A stretch of DNA of 64,000 bases, from the NCBI GenBank assembly GCA_963815455.1, contig CAWFGO010000001.1, forward strand, positions 832,001 through 896,000, in the 5' to 3' direction. Below are positions 19,166 to 31,674 of the stretch, piece after piece. The DNA is from an uncultured Verrucomicrobiae bacterium (lineage in GTDB: Bacteria; Verrucomicrobiota; Verrucomicrobiia; Chthoniobacterales; UBA10450). Every line of letters begins with the position of its first letter. Within the stretch, counting starts at the first letter, position 1. Position numbers and translations under genes: made by a program. The notes beneath the pieces are model-generated. The model was not told the DNA's origin and did not search any database. It saw only the letters and a list, made by a program, of their open reading frames with translations.

Positions 19166-21719
19166 ATGATTCAAGATTTCAAGTTTGCGGTCCGGCAGCT
19201 GGTCAAGGCGCCGGGATTCACGGCGGTGGCGGTGTTAACGCTGGCTCTGGCGATCGGGGTTAATTCGGCGATTTTCGCGCTGATCAATGGAGTGGTGTTG
19301 CGGCCGATGGTGCCGTTGCGGCCACAGGAGGTGGTGAACGTTTTCAATTGCCGCCAAAACGCGAACCACGATTATCGCCAGTTCTCGTACAACGAATATC
19401 GCGAGCTGCGGGAAAGCGGCCGCGATGTTTTCGCCGATGTTGCCGCGCTCGAGTTCGCGGTCGCGGGGATCGGGCGCGATCATGAGATGCGGCGCAGCTT
19501 CGCGTTTCTGACTTCGGAAAATTTCTTTCTCGTTGATGGGGGTGCAGCCGTTTCGCGGCCGATTTTACAGCGCGGAAGAATGCCGGCCGAACGCGAATGT
19601 TCCCGTGGTGGTGGCGAGCTACGGATTTTGGAAACGCATGGGCGGCCGCGAAGATTTTGTCGGCAGCACTCTTCACATCAATGGTCAGCCTTACACGGTG
19701 ATTGGCATCACGCCGGATGGATTCAGCGGCGCGAGCGCGCTGATCGCGCCCGATATCTGGCTTCCGCTCGGCATGCATTCGCAGCTCGGCTCGGCTTTTG
19801 GCGACTCCGAAAGCTATGCACGATCTGGCGAACCCGAAAAATTATGCGCTGAATCTCACCGGCCCGATTGCGGCCCGGCCTGACGATTGGAATCCGCGAA
19901 GGCGCGCCTGCCGGTTTTATCGCAAAGATTCAATGCCATTCAACCGACCGATGCCGAGTTTGCGCGCGAAGTGCAAATTCAAAAGCCGTCGCGATTCAGC
20001 TTGAGCACGTCGCCCGAAGACGACGGCCCGATCACGCTGATCGGCACGCTGCTGATGTGCATGGCCGGCGCCGTTCTGCTCATCGCTTGTCTGAATCTCG
20101 CCAACATGCTGCTGGCCCGCGGCACCGCGCGCGTCGAAGGAAATCGCGCTGCGTCTCGCCCTCGGCGCATCGCGCTGGCGAATCGTGCGGCAATTGCTCG
20201 CCGAAGGTTTGTTGCTCGCGATCTGCGGCGGCGTGGTCGGACTCATTCTCAGCGTCTGGTGCAACAATCTTCTGCTGCATTCGCTGGCACGCTTGCTCAG
20301 TTCGGTGAATTTTTCATTCGTTGTCGATCTTACGCCGGATGCACGCCGTTCTCGCGGTGACATTCCTGTTTTGCCTGCTGGCGACCGCTGCTGTTCAGTC
20401 TCGGCCCCGCGCTCAAGGCGACCAGGGCCGATCTGGTCAACGATCTCAAACAACAGGTTGGCGAACCGGCGCGCGTCGGGCGCTTCAGCCGTTTCTTTGC
20501 GCCGCGCCACATCTCGGTCATGGCGCAAATCGCGCTTTCGCTCATGCTGCTTTTCGCCGCCGGATTATTTTTCCGCGGCGCGCTCAAGGCCGCCGGGCTC
20601 AATCCCGGATTCGTGGCCGCGGGCGATCTGGTGACCGAAATGGATTTCTCGCTTGTCAAAAAAGATCCGGCCGATGCGCGACGGTTGATTTTCGACATCG
20701 TGCAACGCGTGCGAGAGAACTGCCAGGCGTTAAGGCAGTCGGCCGTCGGAACAATGTTGCCCTACGGAAACTTCACCAACACTCGCCGCATCATGTCGAC
20801 ACGCGAGACGCTTTCAACCGATCCGAAAGCGCCGGATCCGGGCGCGAGCGCTCTCTACACCGCAATCACGCCCGGATATTTCGATGCTATCGGCGTAAAA
20901 CTCCTGCGCGGCCGCGATTTCACTCAGGCTGAATGCGAAAACAAAGATGGCCGTCGCGTTGCCATCATCGACGAAGAAATGGCCAAAAAACTTTTTCCGA
21001 AAGAGGACGCGATCGGTCAGCACGTTCGCTATACCATCCCGCCTCGGGACGGTTCGCCTAACGACATCGAAATCGTCGGCGTGGTCGGCACGCATCGCCA
21101 CGATGTCCAAAACGATACGACTCTTCGCCGCGTGTTTGTGCCGTTCGCGCAGGGCTACACCGGCAACATTTTCCTGCATGTTCGCCTCGACACCCAGGAT
21201 CGACAGGCGTTGCCGGCCTGATTCCCGCGATCCGGCAAACATTGCGCGAGATCGATCCCGATCTTCCCATTCTCAGCATCGCGCCATTTGTCGATCTTAT
21301 GCAGAAAAGCGTCGGGCTTTGGGTCGTCAAGCTCGGGGCAACCCTCTTTGGCGCGTTCGGTGGAATCGCGCTCCTCCTCGCCGTCGTCGGCGTTTACGGG
21401 GTGAAAGCGTATGCCGTTGCCTGCCGCACCCGCGAGATCGGCATTCGCATGGCGCTCGGCGCGCATCGTAGCGACGTTTTCGCGTTGATCATGCGTCAAG
21501 GCGCCATGCAGACGGCGCTCGCAGTGAGCGTGGGACTTCTCCTTTCGCTGGCGGCCGGTCGCGTCCTCTCGCAAATCTTGTATGAAGTAAGCCCGACTGA
21601 TCCGCTTCGCCCTGATCACTTCGACCGCTCTGCTCGCCGCTGCCGCGCTCCTGGCCTGTTTTCTTCCCGCGCGCCGCGCGACGCACGTGAACCCGATCAC
21701 AGCTTTGCGGACGGAATAG
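19166..21719 (+). CDS. Duplicated MacB/FtsX-type ABC permease (ADOP-like), multiply frameshifted in this sequence
   Basis: MIQDFKFAVRQL.K.PGF, LLIAC.NLAN, RTREIGIRMALGA, PARRA..V.P..ALR.E* across frames. Confidence 0.88.
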
Positions 21720-22441
21720 AACGGCGAATTTTCGCGGCCTCTCGCATAAAGCCCGGATTCCGGATTATCTTCGTCTTTGTTTGCTGTGATGCATCGCGGA
21801 CGAACAGAGAAAAGCAGTCGATCAAGCTTCGACTGCGCCAGTTGATCAGTTCCTGATTGAGACAATGCAGGCCGTTCTGTGCGCACAAAGTGCGAAACAA
21901 GTCGGCGGTCATGCTCGGATTACGATGATGGTCCCAGTCGAGGACCTGGCTTTTCTGTAGCAGTTTGACGACGAAGGCCGGGAGGCGGTTGCGCGGTGAA
22001 TTCGCATAGGCGCCGAGATTCGAATGATGGAAGAAACCTTTTCCGCCAGTCTTCAATTTCGATCCCAGTTGATGAAGATAAGCTTCGATGAACTCCGCGC
22101 CTGACGTGAACGAGCGAATCAAAGCTGAAAACGAAATCGACTGAGTTGTCCGGCAACATCGACAATGAGCGGCCGTCGTTGTGGTAAATCTTGATGCGCG
22201 GATCGCTACCGAAACGCCGCTGGCAGGCTTGGAAGCATTGCTCGGATTTCTCAACGAGCCATAAGTTATCGCAGTGATCCTTGAGATAATGCGTCCACCG
22301 ACCAAACCCAGGGGCGATTTCGAGAATCGTGCCGGCAGGCAAACAATCGCGGATCCGCGGAAAAATCGCGCCAGCCCATTGCGCGGCGGAGTTTCCCCAC
22401 GGTTTCGACCACTCCTCGCCGCCGTCTTTCCAATACTTCAT
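21697..22441 (-). CDS. Class I SAM-dependent methyltransferase, frameshifted
   Basis: ILEIAPGFGRW, DFVFSFDSLVH, LKTGGKGFFHHSN in two frames. Confidence 0.8.
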
Positions 22442-22465
22442 GAATTTTGGGATGCCCGGAAAATG

Positions 22466-22539
22466 TGGCTGGGGGCGAGAATCGAACCGCCGACACGTGG
22501 ATTTTCAGTCCACTGCTCTGCCAACTGAGCTACCCAGCC
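22466..22539 (-). tRNA. tRNA-Phe (GAA)
   Basis: GGCTGGG acceptor stem, GTGGA-CTGAAAA-TCCAC anticodon arm, TTCGATT loop. One extra base in the T stem; CCA not encoded. Confidence 0.93.
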
Positions 22540-22586
22540 GTTGAAACCTTGCACCGTTTCGGATCGCGGGCTCTCATTAAAGCAGA

Positions 22587-22621
22587 AAACACCAAACGCT
22601 CAACGCCCAACATCCAACACC
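22587..22621. repeat. Heptamer tandem array (CAACRYY class, 5 units)
   Basis: aaacacc aaacgct caacgcc caacatc caacacc; shares the cagaaaac lead-in with the 9028 array. Confidence 0.8.
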
Positions 22622-22625
22622 GAAA

Positions 22626-23193
22626 TTAGAATTTTCGCGGCAATTCGATCGCTCTTCGCAACATGCCCAGATAATGAGCCCGCGAAATTTCGACGGCGCC
22701 AAATTGTTTTAGATGGGGCGTGATCCACTGGGTATCGAGCAAGGCGAACTTTTTCGCGCGCAAATGTTCCACCAGCGCCACCAGCGCGACCTTCGATGCA
22801 TTCGTCTCTCGATGAAACATCGATTCGCCAAAAAAGGCGCCGCCGATGGCGACGCCATATAGGCCGCCTGCCAGCTTGTTCTTGCTCCACGCTTCCACCG
22901 AATGCGCGTAACCGAGTTCGTGCAACGCCTCGTAACTCTCAATGATCTCGCGATTAATCCAGGTGTCCTTGCGCTTGGCACAAGCCCGAATCACTTCGCC
23001 AAATCGATTGTCGATCCTGATCTCGAAAACTTTTTTGCGCACGATCCGCCTCAGCGCATGCGGGACGATGGAAATCGTCCAGCGGCAAAATTGCGCGCGG
23101 ATCGGGCGAGAACCACTCGATCGCGCCATCGTCCATCGCCATCGGGAAAAACCCCGAGTCGATAGCCTTGTAGTAAAAGCTCGGCGGAATCAT
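22626..23193 (-). CDS. aat: Leucyl/phenylalanyl-tRNA--protein transferase, frameshifted
   Basis: GFFPMA..WFSPDPRAILP, TWIN, AHSVEAW, GGLYGV.IG.AFFGESMF, ASKVAL, LLDTQ. Confidence 0.92.
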
Positions 23194-23311
23194 CGATTCA
23201 TTCAGTTGTAGAGGGCTTGTGCCAAGCGCCTGTTTAATTACGGTTCCGGCGCTCGATACAAGCGCCGCTACAACTCTTGCAATGCTATGCCACGCTTCAT
23301 AAAATGCACCG

Positions 23312-23511
23312 ATGAAGAGCCTGTCGATCCTGTTCGCGATCGCATGGACGCTGCTGCGATCGGTTGCGCCGATCCGCTGGAACAGCGCACCGGCACCGAA
23401 GTGCAGGACCAAATCGGGCGCGGCATTCGAGGAGAAGGGCAGATCGGGCCGATTGAACGGGCGCCCGACGATCCGGCCGGGGAACATGGCGTTCCGCAAA
23501 CTCATCCGTAG
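23312..23511 (+). CDS. Small putative lipoprotein, frameshifted
   Basis: MKSLSILFAIAWTLL joined to ..GCADPLEQRTGTEVQ.. in the adjacent frame gives a lipobox-like GC. Confidence 0.5.
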
Positions 23512-23514
23512 CGC

Positions 23515-25120
23515 GTGAAAACGGCCCCCGCTCACTCAAGAATTCTCATCCTCGATTTCGGTTCGCAGTACACCCAGGTCATCGCCCGCCGAATCCGCGA
23601 ATGCCAGGTCTATTCCGAAATTGTGCGCCTGCGACATTCGGCGGCCGAGATCGCCAGGTTAAAACCAAAAGGGATCATCCTTTCCGGCGGGCCGGCCAGC
23701 GTTTACGATAAGGGCGCTCCGCTCGGCGATCCGGAAATTTTTTCGCTTGGAATTCCGGTGCTCGGCATTTGCTACGGAATGCAATTGATGGCCCACCATC
23801 TGGGCGGCGAGGTCGAGTTCAGCGCCCGGCGCGAATACGGCCCGGGAATTTTGCACGTAAAAAAATCATCGCCCTTGCTGGATGGCCTCGGCCAACAGAT
23901 CGACATCTGGAGCAGTCACGGCGATAAACTGACCGCGCTTCCGCCCGGGTTCGAAACGATGGCGACCACGGAGAATTCGAACTTTCGCCGCCATCGAACA
24001 TTCCGAGAGCAAACTTTACGGATTGCAATTTCATCCCGAAGTCGCGCACACGCCCCGCGGCAAGGAGATTCTGCAAAACTTCGTTTATCACATTTGCCAT
24101 TGCACGATGGATTGGACGATGGGCTCGTTTATCGAGGAGGCTTGCGAGCGGGTCCGGCAACAGGTCGGCGATGAGAAAGTCGTGCTCGGTTTGAGCGGCG
24201 GCGTTGATTCATCGGTCACCGCTGCGCTGTTGCACAAAGCAATTGGCGACCAGCTCACCTGCATCTTCGTTAACAACGGCCTGCTTCGCGCCCGCGAGGA
24301 GGAAATGGTGCAGCGCGTTTTCGGCGAAAATTTTCATGTTCGCTTGAAGTATGTCGATGCCAGCGACCGGTTTCTTCGCGCGCTCAATGGCGTGACCTGA
24401 TCCGGAGCAGAAACGAAAGATTATCGGCAACGAATTCATCGAGGTATTCCAGCACGCCGACCGAGGAATTGCTCGAAGGAGATCCAGATCGCGCAGAACG
24501 CGCGCCGGTCGCAAACACGGCGGCTATAAGTTTCTCGCCCAGGGCACGCTTTATCCGGATGTGATCGAGAGCGTTTCAATCGAAGGCAATCCCGCTCAAG
24601 TCATCAAGAGTCATCACAACGTCGGCGGGTTGCCCGAGAAAATGCATTTCGAGCTGGTCGAACCGGTGCGCGCAATTGTTCAAAGACGAAGTGCGCCAGG
24701 CTGGATTACAGCTCGGTCTTGCCGAAGGAAATTGTTTATCGGCAGCCATTTCCCGGGCCCGGCCTGGCCGTGCGCATTCTGGGCGAAGTCACGCCGGAGC
24801 GATTGTCGATCCTGCGCGAGGCCGACACCATCGTTCAAAGCGAAATGGAAGCAGCCGATTGGTATTACAAGGTCTGGCAATCGTTCGCCGTCCTGCTGCC
24901 AGTCCAATCGGTCGGCGTGATGGGCGATCAGCGCACTTACGAAAACACTGTCGCGCTGCGCATCGTGGAAAGCCAGGACGGCATGACGGCCGATTGGGTG
25001 CGGATTCCCTACGAACTGCTCGCCCGCATCTCCAATCGCATCTGCAACGAAGTGAAAGGCGTTAACCGGGTCGTGTTCGATATCTCCAGCAAACCGCCGA
25101 GCACGATCGAGTGGGAGTGA
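23515..25120 (+). CDS. guaA: GMP synthase (glutamine-hydrolysing), multiply frameshifted in this sequence
   Basis: [57 protein letters not shown]. Confidence 0.96.
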
Positions 25121-25206
25121 ATTGTCAGAGGTCAGAATTCGGGTGGATGGCAGTTCGCCGAGAAAGTCCGCGCGCAGCGAAGCGCTAGCCAGCACCCATT
25201 AACCGC

Positions 25207-25250
25207 TCCATCGAGGCCGTCTGCGTGTTTAGCGCAGACGGCCTCATGGA
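25207..25250. terminator. Long hairpin between convergent guaA and secreted-protein genes
   Basis: gaggccgtctgcg-tgtttag-cgcagacggcctc, extended by tccat/atgga. Confidence 0.6.
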
Positions 25251-25255
25251 AAGAA

Positions 25256-28200
25256 CTAAGGCAACCCGTGGCCGATGTTCGATTTGACTGAGGAGGCGTC
25301 GGTGCCGTTTATGGCGCCGTTGGCGTTCACGTCGGAGCGGAAGTTTGCGCTGGTGACCGCTTGGCCAATTCGCCCCTTGGTCTGCGACACATCGGTGGAA
25401 TTGACCGTTGCCATTGTTGTTGGTGTCGCCCAGTAGCCGGCTCATCGGTATCACTACGTTGGCCAAAGGCTCATCCGCGGTATTCACTCCATTGAGCGTG
25501 ACGTTGATGGTCTGCACATCGGCTACGTTGGTGAGCGGGATCGTGACCATGTTTCCGGACACGGTTACCATCCCGCCATTGCTGACGCCACCGGTCCCGA
25601 TGGTTGCTGTGCCCAACGTGACCTGCGCCTGCGGGCTTCCCGTCACGGTCACATTGCCTGAGAACGTGACCACCATCGTGTAATCGTTGGTCCCGCCGCC
25701 GCTACGGCATTCGATTCCGGGCGTGCCGGTAAGCGGCAGATCGATGTCGAAGTCGCCTGCGCCGCCGTGGGTCTTTCGTGATACCGCGCCAGTCACGCTG
25801 GCCGGGCACGGCTCGTAGATGGCGGCGCTGTCCACTCGCCACCCAGCGTGCGAGACGGAGTTGTCCGAACACATCCGCCAGCGCAGCGTCACCGGCTGGC
25901 CAACAGCGGCACCCGGAAGGGTCACCGTAGAGGTTTCGAACCCACCAGAACCCCCATTGGAGATTCCGCTCCAGCCGCCGGTGGTGGTGTGGATAGGCGC
26001 CGTTACGGTGCACGGATTGGCGAACCCGGTGCTGATCGACGTGTGGTTATAGCCCCCGCTAACAAAGCTGCCTCCTGCAGCGATGATGTCCTGATAGGCG
26101 CCGCCGTTAATGCTGATCTCTAAGACCCCTACGTCGTAGGCAATGGCGGCGGACGACTGTTCCAAGTCGTAGTTCTGCCTGAAAGTCAGCTGCGCCGAGG
26201 CCGAGTTGACCGTAAGCGTTGGCGTGTCCAGCCGGTTATCCAGGAGGTTAGCCGGATCTTGCGAGAAAACGGCGTTAGGCAGGCTATCCGCCACCGGGGC
26301 GGGAGTTCCTGAATTGGAGGTAACCCACAATGGGAATCCGCCTCCATTTACACCCTGCGTGGCCACCCATCCCGTGGGCAGCATCGGCGGAGTGACTCCA
26401 TCAAAGTTCTGAGTGAATGTTGGACAGAAATTACCGGTGTAATTGTAATTCCCCGAGAAGGCGAGGTTCGGATTTCCAAACGAATCCGGTGACTGCGCCG
26501 GCGCCAATGCTCGCTGTCACCATGCCCGAGAAAATACTCGTGAAGTTCAACGTAAACCGCGCGGTCGTGTTCCCGTTGATCAGGGTAACCATTGTCACGG
26601 TGCCGGGAATGCCGCTCAGCGTCAGATCGCTCGTTTGCACCGAGGCCGGATCGACGGCTTCATTGAAGTTCACGTCGTACATCGACGACCCCGGCCCCGA
26701 GAAGTTGCCGCCCACCGGCGGATTAGTCGTAGTCACCTGAAGCGCCAGAGCATCGTACCGGAACGTGCACGTGAAATCCAAAATTCCCTGGCCATCCGAA
26801 ATGCGGTTCATGGCGCCAGCCGCAATATGCATTGTCTGGATACCCTGAGTTGTGACCGGCGAGGCGTTAAAGTGGAACGTTATTGTGGTGTCGCCATTCG
26901 ACAGGAGAAAGCTGTTTGCCGGATTCCCGTTCACAGTGAAATCGGCGCCCTGAACAGTCGCCGCATTCACCGCGTCGGTGAGGTTGACAACAAAGTCATT
27001 TGGCTGAATCGAGATGATGCTGCCGCAGGCGGGGGTGGCGGTGGTCACGCTAAAACCCACCAGATCCCTATCGGTGAAGGCGTCCTGCTGGGATGCGCCG
27101 GCAATGGCCACGCGACCGTCCGTCCACGAAGTGACGTGCTTCGCAGCTATCGCAGAACCGTAGTCGTAATCGCCCGCATAAGTCGCTTGAATGCCGGGAT
27201 CGTTTTGAGCCGGGAGCGGGGTGACAACGTCCGACAACGCCATATCAGGCAGCCAGCTTACGCCGTTGTCGTTGGACCTTCGCGAATACATCTTGTAACA
27301 CGGAACGGCTGGGTTACCCGCGGTGCAGCTGGCACTGTCGCGCCCGTCATACCAAGTCGCGAACACGGTGCCAGTCGGGCTAACTGAAAGGTTAGGCTGC
27401 CATTGAGGACGGGCGGTCGCATCGGTGTTCAGCTTGAACGGCGGCGCAAAGGTCAGACCGCCATCGGTGGAACGGATGTAATAGACGTCGCCAGCATCAC
27501 CGGCGGTGCCCTGCTGGGCATAGACCAGGTGAACGACGTTGTTGAAGGCAGCGGGCTCACCCCAGCCTTCGTGCCGCCAATAGGCTGGGCTAAACATGCA
27601 GGCAAAGTAACCCGAAGCCGTTACGCCCGGTCCGGGGAACGCTGGGCCGGTGTAGGGATGACTCCACGTATTACCGCCGTCGGTTGACTTGAAAATATGG
27701 TTGAAGTCGTTGTGGGGGAAGCCGCCACCGCCTTCGTCCATGCCCGCCAGGTACACTATGCCGTTGCCTATAAGGTCGCCGGTGATCTGCACATCGCGGA
27801 TGAAGGGGCTGGCAGGGGCAACAGTTATCGGAGCGTGCCAAGTGGCGCCGTTATCAGAGGAATAGGTTACGGTGAGGGCACTGCTTTGGCCCCAGGAAAT
27901 ATACATTCGCCCATAGAATGGCGAGGCAGGGTTGTTATCAGCCCAACCAGATTCGCGGTCGGCTGAACCGGTGCTGAAAACGCAAAAATGGGTCCAGCTA
28001 GCGGGATCCGCGGGAGTGGCCGACTTGTATCCGCCGAGGCCCTGAGCGCCGCAGCGCCGTGTCGAGCCAGACGGTGAACCAGGTGCCGGTTGGTTTGTTG
28101 TACAGAGCAACAGGGTCGCCCACGTGCCGGCGAAGGGGCTTTGACCGCTGGCAGTGGTGATGCGGGTGAACGTCGTGCCGCCATCGGTGGAAATCGACGC

Positions 28201-28700
28201 GCCGGAGATGTTGATTGGGCTGGCGTTGCGGCCTCGCGAATCGTTGTAGGCGACGAAAATCTGGTTGGGGTTATCCGGATTAACCGCAGTGTACGTCTCC
28301 GACTGGGTAACATTGGGAGAGGTCTCGGTGCCGGTGACCAGGTTGACGTCGGCCGCCGCCAAATACGCAGTGGCGCAAACAGCTTTTTGACGGCTTGGAC
28401 GAACTTGCCAAACGGAAGAGCTGAGCCCCCCTCTGCCTGGCCGCACGCAATCATGATCGCCTGGGCTCGGAAGTTTTCCTGCCTGTCGATGCCCAGTTCG
28501 CGAATCTTGGAACAGTCAAACCCGACAGGCACGAGTGGGTCCGTGGACTTGGTGATGATGGTAGTTTTCTTCCCCTGTGCGAGTGCAGAGAACCCGCCAA
28601 AGCCAGCCAGCGCGAGGAACACACCGACCAGGACTATGGACAGGCCGAATAAGACACGGAGATTAAAGAAGGCGGATTGTGAGGCGGATTTCTTTTTCAT
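25256..28700 (-). CDS. Large secreted protein: BNR/Asp-box beta-propeller, Ig-like domains, beta-sandwich and C-terminal dockerin-like module; frameshifted
   Basis: STDGGTTF, SSDNGATW, STDGGNTW, STDGGLTF, SNDNGVSW Asp boxes; AVSRKTHG.AG.FDIDLP domain; GDTNNNG.VN / SDVNANGAIN Ca-loop repeats ending GHGLP*. Confidence 0.8.
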
Positions 28701-28900
28701 AAGATGTGAATGATCGAGGTGCAGACTAAAGCATATGCGTTTTGTGCTCTTAGCTGAAACGCGGGGAATGCGGGAAAAAGCATCAAAACGTTTCTATTTA
28801 GAATCGACCCCGTTTATCGAATCGCGGAAAAAATAGCAAGCTTTTTAATTTCTTTCGCCGGATTTAGTAATGATCGGTGATTGCCATGGCGGCAAGTTCC

Positions 28901-29452
28901 TTACGGATCTGTCCCTGCACAGCGTGGAGTGCGAGGGCACCGCAATCGTTCGGACGCGCTGGCGTTATCAACCCCGGTACGAATCGCTTTGAACGTGCCG
29001 CTCTTTGATGCTTTGGCTTTGGGGTCATTCGGGTTCTGACCGAGAGGAAAGAACACGGCCTCTCCCGCCATCGCGCCCTCTGTTCCAAATTTCCCTTTCA
29101 ACACCAATGTTCCCGCGTCGCGCCCGACATTGCCGATTGGGAATTCCACCGTGCCAGAGACCGTCACGGAGCCGTCATCGCTCTGGGTCCACTTCGCCTC
29201 CCAGGCCCGGCGCCCCCCCAGTGCGTGCGCTCTTGGACCAACGAGTTGGAAAGAGCCTTTCCCGGAATCTCGGGCCTCAAAACGCAACTGAACGGCTCTC
29301 GCCATTCCCGAACGTGATCTCTACTTCCCAACTGCCGATGATGTTCGCGGACTGCGCCTGGAACAAGCCGGCGCCGAACATTTGGGCGAATACCATCAAA
29401 ATCAATGCCGGTCTTGCTGTCACAATTACCGCCTTCTTATTTGTATTGTCAT
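28901..29452 (-). CDS. Secreted hypothetical beta-rich protein, frameshifted
   Basis: Signal-like segment, then IIGSWEVEITF...VEFPIGNVGRDAGTLVLKGKF across frames; 3' end uncertain. Confidence 0.55.
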
Positions 29453-31124
29453 GTCCGCTCTGGCCATCCATTGGACTCCAAGAGTGATCACTGCGGGATT
29501 CGAAAAATCAGCCTTGCCGAAATACGGACACAGGGGACTTCCTCCAATGACAGCACTTTTCGATTTCAATCCACTCGCGATCGCACTCATGAATTCGCCG
29601 AAATCTTTGCCATTGCGGGCGGCCTGATTGAGCGCGGCCAGCCGAGCATCGATAGCGGCTTCGGGAAAAGCGACCCGACGGGAGCTGCGATTCGTTCGCG
29701 AAAACAATTTCGTCCCATTGGATTGACGAAATCTCGTCGTTGAACCGTGCCACCGCCCGGCCGCGGAAGAATGCGCGCGTCGTTTCCGGCGGGTTGAAGA
29801 TCGACAATTTAATGTCGTCTTCGGTCGGTGAACCGGCGCATGGAGTCCTTGATGCACAAGCTCGTAATATAGGCCGCGATCAAGATCGATATTGTGATAT
29901 TCCAGATCGATCGATTGCAGCCACGGATCGGTCCAGGACAGCTTTTCTTCCTCCTGCAAGGCGTTGAGCAGAAATTTCTTGGCCGCCCAATCGACCCGGT
30001 CGCGCGCCGACATCGGCATCGCGCTCGAGATCGTTGAGAACGTTTTCCCATTCCCGCAAAATCCATTGTCGATCTTCGTCCGCGACGATGCTTGCCGCGC
30101 CGTAGGTCGGCGGCGACCGAAGCGGGTCGATCTTGCTCGCGGCCCGCAAATAAATTCGCTGCACATCGATGGCCGAAATTTTTCGACCATCTTTCAGTTC
30201 GATGATCCAATCGTAAGTTTGATCGCGGCTGATCGATTTGTTGGCATCGATCGGCTGGGCGATTTCGAGCTGTGGCGCTTCGCCGCGTTCGATCAGATCG
30301 AGCACGATCGCGGTGGTCCCGATTTTCATGGCGGTGGCCCATTCGCTCATATTCGAATCGCCCAGAATGACATGGAACCGCCGGTAGCGACTGGCGTCGG
30401 CATGCGGTTCATCGCGGGTATTGACCAGCGGCCGGCGATTCATGGTGTCGATGCTCACCAGTACGCTGAAAAAATCCGCCCGCTGGGAGATTTGATAAAC
30501 GCCCGGCTGGCTCGCGGCGCTCTCCGCTTCGATGCCCATCTTGCCGGCGCCTCCGAAGATTTGGCGCGTGATCAGAAAGGGAAGAATGCCGTTGACGATT
30601 CGGTCCCAGGGCAAATCGCGACGCATCAGGTAATTGTCGTGGCAGCCGTAACTGTGTCCGGCAAAATCGGTGTTGTTCTTGTAAAGACGAATCTCCTGGC
30701 CAGGCGGCAATTTCAAGTTTCGGCGGCGGGCGCATTCGGCCAAAATGCGTTCACCGGCCTTATCCTGGGCCACGATTTGCGGCAGCGTCGTGCATTCCGG
30801 CGTGGAATATTCCGGATGCGCATGATCGTTATAAAAACGGGCGCCGTTGGAAAGAACGAGGTCGCTCTTGATCTCCTCGAAACTCAATCGGCGGCTTTTA
30901 TCGATCTCATAATAGGCCGATTCGTCTGTGTCCTGGAGCAATTCGCGGGCACGAAAACCGCGCGCGTCGAGATGAGGATCCTCCAGCTCGTAATCCCATT
31001 TCATGTGCGCCCCGTGCTCGGTGTAACGCCGCACCAGCTCGATCGATTCCGACACCACATCGACAATCTCCGCGCCGGTCACGGTGATTCCGTATTCGGT
31101 CTCCAGCCCGAAGACACGTTTCAT
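29426..31124 (-). CDS. dop: Dop-type depupylase/deamidase (PafA2 family), frameshifted; true stop possibly near 29566
   Basis: GLETEYG, Dop-loop WDYE.E.P..DARGF, NGARFY.DHAHPEYSTPE, YKNNTD..G.SYGCHDNY, ISQRAD, NTRDEPHAD..YRRFHVI.GD, DLEYH, PPETTRAFFRG. Confidence 0.9.
30091..30126. repeat. Short GTAG-containing palindromic element in frame within dop
   Basis: cttgccgcgccgtaggtcggcggcgaccgaagcggg; stem ggtcg/cgacc directly overlapping GTAG; 36 bp. Confidence 0.5.
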
Positions 31125-31674
31125 AGCCTACCGACGCCTCGCGTGCGTCGCCCGATCGTCTGTAGGGGAAGCTGACAGCTTACCCCCGCTGGTCTATTCT
31201 CTGTAAGGGAAGCCGACGGTTTCCCCGGCCCGTTAATCAAGTCCAGGTAGTACGGCCAATCTTCGGCATTCTGCACGAATCGTGCCGCACTGGATTGTCT
31301 TTCACATAAATCCATTTGCTCCACAAATTTTCATCCGAGCGCAGCAGGCGATCAAAACAGCCACGCTGCCATTCCCGTGACTGAGGTCCGAGCCGCTCCC
31401 GCAATGCCCGTTTGAATCCGTGCGAAAAATCTCCAAACGACAGATTCCGATCCTCAATTGGCGCCACGATCCAATGCGCGTGATCCGGCATCACAACGCC
31501 CGCCAAAACCTGCCATTTCAGCAATTGTGCGATCGTCGTTTTGATGGCATCGAACACTTCACGGTTCGCCAAAACGGCGCGCCGATCCCTCACGCAAATA
31601 GTCACGAAACAAATAATCGATTTCTCCCAGGGAAGAAGAATCGCTGGCAATCTCGGCGGCTCGGCCATAGGCAC
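31121..31674 (-). mobile_element. REP-associated tyrosine transposase (RAYT, HUH/Y1 family), frameshift near the C-terminus
   Basis: FVTIC, MPDHAH (HUH), WQRGCFDRLLR, YVKDNPVR, then FVQNAEDWPY in a shifted frame. Confidence 0.88.
31160..31226 (+). repeat. Two GTAG-type REPs at the 3' side of RAYT
   Basis: ctgtaggggaagctgacagcttacccc (31160-31186); ctgtaagggaagccgacggtttcccc (31201-31226). Confidence 0.85.

Noticed and set aside
29426..29570. Pup/UBact modifier gene downstream of dop
   Set aside because: No small acidic ORF ending in GGE, GGQ, GE or GQ was found here or between arc and dop.
18248..31330. Mass pseudogenisation or programmed frameshifting (ABC permease, aat, guaA, dop and others)
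   Set aside because: The breaks look like single-base indels clustered by region. They hit housekeeping guaA and even the tRNA-Phe T stem, while 1-18 kb and 31.7-44 kb are clean. This fits uneven long-read consensus error; read-level polishing would decide.
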